Shown one piece after another: positions 1-12,261 of a DNA stretch of 64,000 bases. The stretch lies in NCBI RefSeq assembly GCF_009914755.1, contig NC_060930.1; one strand, written 5' to 3'. Under the pieces are notes generated by a model, which was not told the origin of the DNA, ran no database searches, and worked only from the letters and a program-made list of their open reading frames with translations. Origin of the DNA: the human T2T-CHM13v2.0 reference genome, Homo sapiens. Position 1 is the first letter of the stretch. The number at the start of each line of letters is the position of its first letter. Made by a program: the position numbers and the translations under genes.

Positions 1-408
1 CAAGCCCGGTAGTACTTAGTGTAGCATTTGGGCAAAGCCCAATCTCATTAAATACTGGGCCATTTAACTTGTTTGTAATGAAATTTTGTAACTTAACATA
101 AGACTTGTTCTTATTAATGGAGACTAATTCTCCTCCATTTAACTGTGATTAGAATAGCATTTTTTAAATTTTTCATTTTTGTCATCTCCCTCATTTAACT
201 AAAAGCATAGTAACACCAGCTAGAGGATAAACAAAATATAAGCATATAATTATATATATTATTAACATTATGTTAAATAAGACAAGTCCGGTGAATGAAA
301 ATATTTTCTGTTGAAAAACAACCAATTAAAATGAGATATAGTCATTTGGTTAGTCATTATTATTTTTTAAAGCCTAGGTTTTTTGTTGTGTGTGTGTTTT
401 TTTTAAAG

Positions 409-505
409 AAACAGGACCTCGTACACGATCTCCAACAATTTTGGAAACATCTCCACGACTTATTCGAAAAGCACTAGAATTTATGGATTTAAGTCAATAT
501 GTTCG
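409..505 (+). CDS. ADGB: Internal coding exon of androglobin (third from last)
   Basis: T-rich tract and AG at 407-408, GT donor (gtaagt) at 506. Reads xTGPRTRSPTILETSPRLIRKALEFMDLSQYV-R and ends in phase 2 (CG), which joins in frame to G1054 of the next exon. An alternative in-frame AG lies at 413-414. Gene name is from recognition of the joined C-terminal peptide. Confidence 0.85.
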
Positions 506-1053
506 GTAAGTTTTCATAAACATGATTGATGCAGACAACTGTGTGTTTTGTTAAATCGATTATTAAAATACTTAAATGTTTTCTGTAAAGATTTAATTTG
601 AGGCCTGATTAAGGTGAGATGAGCTACAAAAAATTTCTATCACACCTGCTACCATTATTTAATTAGATTCAATTTTTAATAACTAGATGATAGAAATATA
701 TTAAGCATATTTATAAGTTTGAAAACATCATCAAAATTATTAGCTGCATAAATTCAAAGGAAAACCTACAAGATATTCTCATAGTTTTGAACACAAGTTT
801 CACAATCACCTCATCAAGTGGTGAATCCAAATTCACTGATATTCTCCAAAATGTTTTCCTAAAATATCAGTGACTCAATAAATGGAGCATAGCATATCTA
901 GAAAACAACCATTTATTTTTTCTATCCCTAATGTTTTATTTGACTCAGACCACCACACTGTTGATATGATTTAAAATTATTTGATGTCTAAAGTGAAGCT
1001 TATTCCAGAGTTCCCAAATGAAATCTGTATCTTTTGATGACTTTTGTATCAAG

Positions 1054-1237
1054 GAAAACAGATACAGATCCTCTGCTGCAAACAGATGAATTGAATCAGC
1101 AGCAGGCAATGCAAAAGGCGGAAGAAATTCATCAGTTTCGACAGCATAGGACCAGAGTCCTTAGCATTCGAAACATTGACCAAGAAGAGCGGTTGAAGTT
1201 AAAGGATGAAGTCCTGGATATGTATAAGGAAATGCAG
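1054..1237 (+). CDS. ADGB: Penultimate coding exon of androglobin (charged, coiled-coil-like segment)
   Basis: AG at 1052-1053, donor CAG|gtgagt at 1238. 184 nt = 1 + 61 codons (KTDTDPLLQTDELNQQQAMQK...DMYKEMQ). Ends in phase 0, matching the terminal exon. Contained in ORF 1034..1261. Confidence 0.9.
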
Positions 1238-1586
1238 GTGAGTCTAAAAGCACATACATAGATTATAGTTGGCAAATTCTTTCGTAACATTAAAAAGAAA
1301 TTATATAATTAAATAATATTTTGTATAGAAATAAGTCTTGAAAACATAGGTTTCTATTATTCACAACTTCTAGGAAAACATCACAAATTTGATTCTACAC
1401 ATCTCATCTCACTCCCTCCCTAAAATCCCCCTAAAATGCAGTATTGGGAATCTATCCTCAAAGATGGGAAGAATAGGAGAGAAAACAACAACAAAATTAT
1501 TTGTTCAAGTTGGAAAATAACTGGATGAAGATCATATTAATCAGCTTGAGACATACAAATCCTAAACTGTCAGTGGGAAAAGTCTT

Positions 1587-3094
1587 TTTTTTTAAGTGTT
1601 TTTTAAATAAAACACAATCTTAAAGTTAATGATGATTGGTCTTGGTGGTTCCTAGTGGTAAGTCCTGTCTTATTTTTTCACATAGTATAAATTATATTTT
1701 TATGCAGGATTGCATTAAAATCCAGTAGTTCTTAATGTTACCAAATAACCATATAATTCCCAAATGCAGCAAAGGTGAACAATCTACAGAGTGCACTTTC
1801 ACCTCAATGAAATTGAAGCTGCTCCTTTCGGATATTTTTCCACTTCAATGTGAAGCAGATTGTTGGGATTTCATTAGTGGTTTCATTATGTGGCTTTTTA
1901 AAAGAAAAAATAGTTTTGATTTCTTCCACAGTTCACAGTTCTCAGACGAGACTTTTTTTGTAAATTACACAGTTCAGGGATGTTTTGAAAAACCAAATCC
2001 TCTTTAGTAGATGAAATCTCTCAATGTAACTGTAATAAATAAGCATCTACATCCTTAGCTATATTACCAGTATATCCTGGAACCAAAGTAAGATGGTTTT
2101 CCTGTTCCCATAATCCACTTAATTGTTGTTTTAAAATTTGAATATTTCCATCATTTAAAATTTGTTTTGGATGATAGTTCTGACCACCACCTTTTAATGA
2201 CTGCTTGAAGCCAGTTTAAACCAACTATAACATATTCTTCAAATTTGCTTTTAAGTAGTGACTTTACTAGAAGCAACAAGTCTACACAGCAGCCAAGTGA
2301 GATATATTGTTTTTCTTCCTGTAAACAATTGGTGAGCACAGGAAGGCAATCTACCACAACGCCAAGATCTTCTATCCTCAACAAATAAGCTACAAGTTCA
2401 CTTATACTTCTCCTTCTCCAGAAACTTAAAGCTACATTCAATCTCATATTCCTGCTGAACAAAACTTGGACCATTGTTTCATGGTCCTGAGAAACCTCAG
2501 AAAAAAACCCACTATATTTTGATGATGGGCTTTCTGTCTGTGAAGAACCAGAATCACTGGAGTTAACCAAATATGTTCGACTGTCATGGTGTAATTTTTC
2601 AGTCTGGTGGCCTGCACAAGCCAGTTCATTTTCTTTATTTGCCATGTCACAGCCCCCACCTTCCAGGGGGCTGTTTTTTTCTGTAACAAAGATTTGGAAA
2701 GGGATGATGAACTTTCTTTCTGCGATAGATCACTTTACGAAGTTTATCTGGGCTTTTCACAGTTTGTCCAACTGTTCTATTTATGTAAGCAGCCAACTGT
2801 TTTGGAGACTTCTTAACCTCCTTCATGTTCTTATCAGTGAAATTAGAGATCTTTTTTTCTAGGAAGATCAATGAAATGATCCTCAATCTTATTACAAAAG
2901 TTCCGTTTTTTAACATTGTGAGTTTCCGATGCCATAATCTCTTAAGTACCGGCGCCTCATGGTACCGCGGCGCCTCAGCCCAGCCTCCGCGCTGACAATC
3001 AGCGCCCGGCAGCCTAGAGCGTCCCTCGGCTTCTGGGCCGAGTCCCACTCAGGGCCATTCAAACGCGGCCGCGCGCGCGGCCTGCCGGGATAGC
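1587..3094 (-). pseudogene. KATNBL1P: KATNBL1 (katanin p80 subunit B-like 1) processed pseudogene, antisense in the last ADGB intron
   Basis: Intronless. ATG at 2935 ([13 protein letters not shown]...) and TGA at 2021-2023 span 915 nt, with three frameshifts (~2855, ~2660, ~2160). ORFs 2647..3048 and 2151..2645 carry KATNBL1 peptide. GC-rich 5'UTR 2936-3094, 3'UTR to a short poly(A) (T-run 1585-1593). TSD tgggaaaagtctt at 1574-1586 and 3095-3107, with an L1 endonuclease-like TT/AAGA site. Confidence 0.93.
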
Positions 3095-3559
3095 TGGGAA
3101 AAGTCTTAACAAGCCAATTAGCTCCTCAGAATGCCTACAGAATCCCCAAAAAGGCTTAGCAATTGGTGGCAGCAGATATGTTAGGAAGTAAAAGTGAAGT
3201 AGGAGGAAGATGAAAATAGTTGGGTTTGTTCAGCTTAAGGCTATTTAGGAATTGCAGATCACCACTTCAACTTTTTGCATCCAGATTATTGTCATCCGTT
3301 CACCCCAGTAGAAGAATAGGTGTCCTTTAATTAGAGATGACAACAAATGAAAAAAGGATTTCTAAATTGTGGAAGACTATACTTTATTGAAAATGGGAGT
3401 ATCATACTAGAAAAGGGGAAATTCAATAAATATATATGGATAACTTCCCACTACGGATAATGAGAATCTTTTTTTCTCCCTGCAACACACACGCACACAC
3501 TCCTACACATCCCCAAAGACACTAAAGCCTATAGGAAATTCTAAATATTTTGGCTACAG

Positions 3560-5280
3560 TGAGACTGTCATTTCCAGTAATGGCTCATGTGATGAATGTG
3601 CCTATTTGACATCTCTTCTTGTTTGTCCAATAGGCACCTCAAACAGAACCTCTCTAAATCCAAATTCAAGAATGCTTGCCCTCCTTCCCATCTCAGCGCA
3701 AATATGTCACCCCACCAAGATTCTCCATCTCGGTCAATACCAATTGCATTCTTTCAGTTGCCCAAGCAGAGACTATGGAGATATCTTTGACTTCTGTCAC
3801 TCCCCACGTGCGATCAATTGTCAGAACCTCTCGACTCTACCTTGAAAATATATCCAACATATATATCACCACCCTAGCCTAACCTGTCATTCTTTCTTAT
3901 TCAGAGGATTGCTATAGCCCAGTTACTGATCTAACTGCTTCCATCTTTGCCCCTCCACAATGTGGTCTCTGCTTTGCCACAAAACAATTGTACCAATCAC
4001 GACAAACTAGGCTTATCCTGTGGTAACAAAACCCCCAATATCACAGTGGCCTAACATAGTGTTTGGCAGACTTATTTTCTGTAAAGGCCCAAATAGGAAA
4101 TATTTATGTTGCATCTACTCAACATTACCATTTTTTACACAAGATCACAGATAATACCTAAATAAATAGGATAATGGCAAAATGAATAAAACTTTACTTA
4201 GAAAAATAAGCAATAAGCCAGATTAACTTTACAGACCTTAGTTCACCAACTCTGGCTAAAAACAGTAAAACGGTATTTCTCATTCTAGCTATGTGTCCAG
4301 TGCGGTTCAATAGAGCAACCTTCTTATCAAGATCCCCTGGCTGAAGGAGCTTCCATAGAGACACCTCTACCATGATTATTACAACAGGGGAAGAGAACAT
4401 GGGGAATTGCACATTGGCTGTGACTATTTCTACCCAGAAATGGCACATTCATTTGCACTCACATTTCACTGACCAGAGCAAGTCACATGGTCACATACAA
4501 CTTCAAAGAAGGAACCCACCTTGGTGACACCTTGATGCCAAACTTGTAGCATCAAGCACTGTGAGGCAATGCATTTCTGTTGTCTAAACCCAATTTGTGG
4601 TTCTTACAGCAGCCCCAGCAAGCTAATAAAGAGGGAGGGCAATGCTACGAGGTACCTGGAAGATAACCAGCAATATTTTGTGAATTACACTAATGGTTAT
4701 CATAATGCATATTTAAAATGAAGGTAGAATTATTTCACTTCCCTAATGGCTTTACATTTCATTAAGAAATAAACCAAAATCTTGATTATGACCTCCAGAG
4801 CTTTCCTCTCTGATCTTTTTATCCACCTTTTGCCTAGGTGACTTTGCCTTTCCACTAACAGCAAGGCATGTTCCCACCTCTGGGCCTTTGACCTCACTCC
4901 TCTCTCTTCCTGGAATATTCTTTCCCCAAAGTGTAGAATGTGAAACTTTCCTTTTATGAGATCTCTTATCTAGGGTCACTTATTAGAGAGATCTTCACCA
5001 GCTGCTCTTTCACAATTACTACCCTCAAAATTTGTGTAACCGTGCCTAGTCTTATTTTTCTTGAAGGCACTTACCCTGCATGTGCATTTATTTATTGGCA
5101 TATGAAAATGTAGATATATTATAAATACTATGCTTTCATTTTTGATTGTTCTCTGCTACAATAAAGACTATATGTGGACAGATATTCTGTTTAGATTCAC
5201 TGTTGTGTCCCCAGACCTTCAGAGGAATGTCTGTTTTGCAAAAGTTTGTTTGATTAATGAATCAGTAAATCAATGAATGG
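3560..5280 (+). mobile_element. Fragmented L2 LINE (about 3560-3980 and 4730-5280) interrupted by MLT1- and MER58-like pieces
   Basis: L2-type motifs (gacatctc...ggcacctcaaa; cctctgggcctttg) and a 3' tail-like aatgaatcagtaaatcaatgaatgg. Boundaries are approximate. Confidence 0.55.
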
Positions 5281-6627
5281 ATATTAAAATTGTGTAAGTT
5301 CAATTTACCATGTGGGAAATAATTTAGATTAGATTAGAAAACAAAAGGGAATTTCAGGATTGCTGTTTGTGGTTTTTGTGTGTAATAACCAAATAAATGC
5401 AGCAGATAGGAAACGGGGAAAAAATACTAAGACAGCTTTGAGTTCACTCCCATTCATTTATGTGAGAGGCACAGAGAGAGCCCTAGTTTTGATTGAAGCC
5501 ATTTTAAGAGAAACATGATCAATAACATATTTCTTATCAGATAGGAGAATGAATATGTTTTATACTCATTCCTCAAGGGATTACTGATGTATATTAAACT
5601 TATTTACACACTTTCTTAAAATGTCTCTCCTGCTCATTCTCTTGCTGTCTCTTTCTCTCTTTAATATGTCACTACTATCTTCTACTTGTGCAATTGGTTT
5701 AGTCAATCCAGTTTTATTATGGTAGCTACAGTATTATCTTTTGTAAAAACTTCGGGAATTCTGATTCTGACATCCAGCTTTTCCAACATCTCAATAAAAT
5801 TAAGCTGGTTGCAAAAAACATGGAAAATGTCTTGATAAATTCAAGGACGAAGACAAAGCAGCCATTTCTAGAAGAGTCTTTTCAGGCTAGCATCTCTGCT
5901 TTAATCCTTATTCTTTGATTATATTACTTTTGAAACAGTAAGCAATTCATTTGGCCACTTCCCTTTCAAGAGATGAAGGAGAAAAGGAGAAATCAGTGAA
6001 GGTGACTGAATAGGAGCAGCTGGTGAGACAGAAGACAATCTAAGAGCTAAGTGAAATCAGTTGATCCAGGAGGAGAGCGTGCGGTTAAGCAAGAATAAGA
6101 ACAGTAAATGATCTTGGATTTAACTACATATAAGGCCTTGGTATCCTTGATGAAGAATGAAAGTCAAGCTGACAAGAGCAAAGTAACCAACGGATTTGGC
6201 CATACTATTTGGAGCTTCATCATCAAGTATAGCTCATATATTTTGTCAAGGATAGCATACATGTGGGGAACTAGTAATTTCTTGAGCACAGTTACTTTGC
6301 AAGAGACATTGGGCTTATTAATATCTCATATAGATTATATTTGAAATAATTTAAACAGAATACCTTTGGTAAAAAAAAGTACGTTTTGACTATTTTTTCT
6401 ACAACTGTTTTTATTTTGCCATACTGTGTTAAAATCTCATGAACCCTTTGTTGCTATGTTTTGTGTATTGATAAGCTTTTGAGACCATACACTAATTTTC
6501 ATCTTCAATCATTTTGCCTATGAATGTGTGGGCATAAGGACAGGCTAAAGGAATTTCATTTTTTTCTTTCTGGGAACGTAAGCCTTTACCAGTGGAATTA
6601 TTTGTTTGGGGTTTTGCTTTGGAACAG

Positions 6628-6813
6628 GACTCCTTAGATGAAGCCCGACAGAAAATTTTCGACATCCGGGAAGAGTACAGAAACAAATTGCTGGAAGCTG
6701 AGCACCTAAAGCTGGAAGCTCTCTCTGCTCAGGAAGCCGCCATGAAGCTGGAGACAGAAAAGATGACCCCAGCTCCTGACACACAGAAAAAAAAGAAAGG
6801 AAAGAAAAAGTAA
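6628..6813 (+). CDS. ADGB: Androglobin terminal coding exon, proximal copy
   Basis: Acceptor ...ttttgctttggaacAG|GAC, phase 0. Reads DSLDEARQKIFDIREEYRNKLLEAEHLKLEALSAQEAAMKLETEKMTPAPDTQKKKKGKKK then TAA. Whether this copy is used in vivo is unknown. Confidence 0.75.
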   Translation, partial: DSLDEARQKIFDIREEYRNKLLEAEHLKLEALSAQEAAMKLETEKMTPAPDTQKKKKGKKK

Positions 6814-7010
6814 CCAGGGGATGTCCAATACCACCCTGCTTCTGGAGAGAAAAAATTTATTTGTAATGATCTTTAACTGCCTGCTGATAAGATATTGGGC
6901 CAACTGAAAATAGAAATTGTTCTTTCTTAGAAATATTTTAATGCTAACTTGTTAGTTTTCCTCAGAAAGCTAGTATTTGAAGCCATTCGAGTTTAAGATG
7001 CTCTAATTTC

Positions 7011-7046
7011 AATAAAATAGCTTCCAAATATTTAAAATGTAATAAA
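7011..7046 (+). terminator. Polyadenylation signals of the proximal terminal exon
   Basis: AATAAA at 7011-7016 and 7041-7046, about 200 nt after the stop codon. Confidence 0.6.
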
Positions 7047-7083
7047 ATATATGTTTGACACTCTAAACTGCCTGCATTTTTAA

Positions 7084-7526
<443 letters not shown>

Positions 7527-7929
7527 AAATTATGCCATTTTTAAAAACTGAACTTCAAGAAACCTCCTTCATAGACCAAGAACTACCCTGGCTTAGCCCA
7601 CCCAAAGTGTTAGGACTCTAGATCCTAGCAACCCATCATGGTCACCTGGGTGTAGAGAGCGTGTGATCTCAAACATCCATTTTCATGCTCACCAGTGTTG
7701 TGTTTTCTCTAAGACACAGATGAAGTTGTTATACCCTAGTCTTAGAACAATGCAATGAGTGGATTTAACTGAGGCACATAGCAGGAAATTGACTTTCTCC
7801 AAAAGCACACTTCTAATTCATGACTATCTCAAAACTCTCATAGTATTTTTTAACCAGTGAAAGCGGTTTCACTTTGGCAGGTGATTTTACTTATCCTTTC
7901 TACTGTTAATCTTTGTTATTTAAAATATT

Positions 7930-8873
7930 TATTTATTGAGACATGGTCTGGCTCTCCTGTCCAGGCTGGGATGCAGTGGCACAATCTCAGCTCACTGCAA
8001 CCTCTACCTCCTGGACTCAAGCCATCCTCCTAATTTTTTTTTTGAGATGGAGTTTCACTCTTGTTGGGGTGATCATACCCAACACCAGGTTGTGGGGGGT
8101 GACAAAGTCCAGCGGAGTCAAAGGATTGAGAAAAAGACAGTTTGAGAGAGAAAGCTGGGACCAAGTGGCCATTGCGATCGTGGAGGCCGCGAAGGCCTCG
8201 AGCTGTGGGAGCCCACGCTATTTATTGGTAATCAACAAAGAAACAGGTGGTGAGAATGTGGAGGTCAAAAGGGCAGGCGCATCATCTACAGCTGTGACGG
8301 TTTAGCATTTATGTGGAACATGTTCTGCTACTTGAGATAATGGGAATAGGAGCCTAGGAGGGCTAGAAGCAAGAGGCCAGCAAGTCTAGACACATTCCAG
8401 AGGACATTATGTCAGACATGCAAGCCCTGCCTCAGTTTTTGTCCCAACACTCAGCTTTTTCCTAACACTTGTTGCCTAGGCTAGAGTGCAATGGCGCAAT
8501 CTCGGCTCAGTGCAAACCTCCGCCTCCTGAGTTCAAGTGATTCTCTTGCCTCAGACTCCTGAATAGCTGGGATTAGTGGTGCAGCCACCACGCCCGGCTA
8601 ATTTTGTATTTTTAGTAGAGACGGGGGTTTCACCAGGTCGACCAGGCTGGTCTTGAACTCTTGACCTCAGGTGATCCACCCCCCTCGGCCTCCTAAAATG
8701 CTGGGATTACAGGCTGGAGCCATGGCACCCGGCCAATTTCTGTATTTTTTTGTAGAGACGGGGTTTCACCATGTTTCCCAGGCTGTTCTCAAACTCCTGA
8801 GTTCAAGAGATCCACCCATGTCAGCTTGCTTCCCAAAGTGCTGGAATTACAGGCATAAACCACCACATCCAGC
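7930..8873 (-). mobile_element. Nested Alus: an older AluJ-like element interrupted by an AluS-like element (8032-8734), which is itself split by an LTR
   Basis: Old right-arm fragment 7930-8031, inner Alu 8032-8061 plus 8468-8734, old left arm 8735-8873. Confidence 0.8.
8062..8467 (-). mobile_element. Solo LTR, LTR3-like (HERV-K HML-6)
   Basis: TGTTGG...AACA termini. Minus strand has a TATA-like ATAAATG and AATAAA. Inserted at Alu ctcttgttgcc with TSD cttgt. Family name is from recall. Confidence 0.75.
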
Positions 8874-8889
8874 TTAAAAATATTTAATA

Positions 8890-10230
8890 CTCCCATAAAT
8901 GATCAACTAATTTTTGACAAGGATGCCAAAAATACACATGATGAAAGAAAATCGTTTCAAAAATGATGTTGGGAAAACTAAATATCCACATGCAAAAGAA
9001 TAAAATAGGAACATTGCCCTATGCTATACAAAAAAATTAAATAGATTAAAGATTTAAATGTAACATTGGAACTCATAAAATGCTTAGAAGATTGCATACA
9101 GAAAAAATCTCCTTGACATTGGTCTTGGCAATTTCTTTTGGAGATGACACCAGAAGCACAGGCAACAAAAGCAAACATAAACAAGTAGGACTACATAAAA
9201 ATAAAAAGCTACTGCACAGCAAAGAAAACAACAAAATGAAAAGACAATCTATAGAATGGGAGAAAATACTTGTAAACTGTATATCTGGCAAGGGGCTAAT
9301 ATTTAAAATATATTTAAAAACTCATATAACTCAATAGCAAAAAAAGCAAATAACCTGGTTTTAAAAATGGGCAAAGGACTTGAATAAACACCTATCCAAA
9401 GATGACACAGGAATGACCAACAGGTATATGCAAAGGTACTCAGCATCATTAATCATTAGAGAAATGCAAATCAAAACAATGACATCTCACCTCACACCTG
9501 TTAAGATGGCTTTTATCATAAAGACAAGAGATAAGTGTTGGGGAGGGTGTGGAGAAAGGGAACCCTGTACACACTGTGGTGAGAATGTAAATTGGAATAG
9601 CCGTTACAGAAAACAGTATGGAAGTTTCTAAAAAAATTAAAACTAGAGCTACCATATGATCCAGCAATCCCATTCCTGGGTATATATTAAAGGAAATGAA
9701 ATCAGTATGTCTATGAGAGGTCTGCAACCCTCTGTTCATGGCAGCATTATTTACAATAGTGATATGGAAACAGCCTAAGTGTCCATCAATGGATGAATGA
9801 ATAAAGAAAATGTGGTATATATATATATATAATGGAATATAATTGAACCATAAAATAGAAGGAAATCCTGCCATTTGCAACAACACAGATGAACCTGTAG
9901 GGCATTATGCTAAGTGAAATATGCCAGAAACTGAAAGAAAAATAATGCATAATCTCACTCACATGTGGAATTGTAAAAGTTGAACTCATAGAAGCAAAGT
10001 GTAGGACAGTGGTTACCAGAGACTTAGGGGTGAGAGAAATGGGGAGATGTTGGTCAGAGTACAAACATGTAGTTATAAGCTGACAAATTCTGTGTATTTC
10101 AGGTACAGAATGGATGGTGCCATCAGAATCAATAGTAGTAATTAAATTGATTATATTAATCATTCAGTGTACACATATATCAAACCATCCCGTGGTATAC
10201 TTCGAACATATACAGTTTATTTTCCAAAAA
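8890..10230 (+). mobile_element. 5'-truncated old L1 (L1MA/L1MB-like), ORF2 C-terminus and 3'UTR
   Basis: ORF fragments such as IIREMQIKT...HLTPVKMA are typical of the L1 ORF2 C-terminus. Confidence 0.88.
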
Positions 10231-10860
10231 ATTTTTTAAAGTTTACATGAAAAATTAATTTAATATTTTATACATCTGCCCACTTGTATATGTAATGTTA
10301 CTTAATTTAATAAATGCAAATGTGCATTTTCACATTATCCTTTGCCTACTCTTAGCTTCACAACCTTATGACCCCAGCTCCCAAAATACACACATAGAAA
10401 CAACCTATTTTGAATGTTTCCATATTTTTCATTCATCTCATATGCTCACACCAATATTTTATATACTGGTTTGTTTTACAAAATGGCATTTTTTAAAGCA
10501 TAATACAATGTGTCTTGCTTTTTCTCACCAAACAACACAGAATCTCTTGAAGTCACTGGTAATTTATTCTTTTTAATTGCTGTGTAACATTCCATGGTAC
10601 AAATATACCATAATTTATTCATATATAAATTTATGAATTTTATATATACATGTATGTGTGTCTTTGTGTGTTTATATATATATATATATTCAGGATATTC
10701 AGGTAGTGTGTGTAAATATATTCAGGATATTCAAGTAGTAACATTATTATATATTCTCAAGTTAGATAAAAATCATTGCAAACAATTTGTCATTACAATT
10801 TAAGTGATGTGTCTTTGATCAATTACTTTCAGATATTTTTTGCTATTAATTGTTTGATAG

Positions 10861-11206
<346 letters not shown>

Positions 11207-11466
11207 TGCTGTGTTTTTTAAACTATTACTCTTTAAGCTTTTTCTATTTCTGATTTTTGCTATTTTTCCAAAGCTCTGATAGTTTCTTTGTAGCTTATTT
11301 TGAATCATTATGTTACATTTTTCTTCTGATCAAAGCATACTTCTCTGGGATGTTTTCATTTTCTGTCTAAGTATTATTTGTTTCATTTTATCTCATTATC
11401 TTTAATAACAGATTTTTCCCCATTATTTAAGAGATTGAGTTTTATAAACTATTAGAAGCAGGTTCC

Positions 11467-12261
11467 TATAAATGACAAAGAATCTAAAGGAACTCTCCCA
11501 GCTTTATGGATGGAGGACGCCCCACAATGAGAGACTGAGGCAAGAGTTTCATCAATGTCTCGAGATTTGTTAAGCTTGAGGGGGTGCCCAAAAAAAAATA
11601 CATAAAACACGAGTCACAGAAACATCTGTGCTTGTGTTCTCTGAAGGGGTTTTCAGGAAGTTCAATGTTTATACATTTCTTTAAAGGGGGGAAGGCATGT
11701 AGGAAAAGGCAGGTAGGTGGTGAGGCAAATGGTTACACATTTCTGTGAGATTTTAATCAGTGCCCATGAAATGCACATTTTATATCAGATAAGGTGAACA
11801 TTCCAAGAACAAGGGAGTAAAGGAAGAATCAACCATGCAGACATCTCAGGTTAGGTGGAGGAATGATTGATCCCTTCTTGTATGTTCTGCACCTGGGAAG
11901 ACAAACTTGTTATCGACATTGTCAGCGTGAAATCTAACAGACTTTAGTTTTAGGTGCTAGATTTGGATTGCAGATCTAAAGTTTTCAATGACATGCCCTT
12001 GTTTTATGGGAACATACACATTTTTGAAAGGTTTCCAGGCCAGCAAAGAACTTAACTGGGAACAACTTGGACAGTGAAGCTTTTTGCCTTTCTATGGGGT
12101 CGGACAAATGTGCAATGCTTTGACACAAGGTTGTGAAGAACAGCTATTCATTTGGGAAAAGAATGGCCGTGTTGCATGACTCAGCCTCCAGGCTCTCCAG
12201 GCTTATCTTTCCCTTTGGCGTAATGAGTTTGGGGGATCTGAGATTTTTATTTTCCTTTAGA
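11467..12261 (-). mobile_element. ERV1 MER4-group solo LTR
   Basis: Ends in ...gagatttttattttcctttaga, resembling reverse MER4-group termini. Subfamily not determined. Confidence 0.6.

Noticed and set aside
295-477. 60-aa ORF overlapping the first exon
   Set aside because: Wrong frame. The spliced exon 409-505 reads in a different frame that joins the next exon correctly.
1238-1261. Read-through of the penultimate exon into VSLKAHT-stop as a short isoform
   Set aside because: The donor (CAG|gtgagt) is strong and nothing in the sequence supports intron retention.
2647-3048. 133-aa minus-strand ORF as a novel gene
   Set aside because: A chimera of pseudogene 5'UTR, out-of-frame sequence and frameshifted KATNBL1 CDS, with a non-ATG start.
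7936-8305. ORFs shared between the duplicated copies (also 14987-15253)
   Set aside because: They lie in Alu and antisense LTR sequence. The similarity reflects the duplication only.
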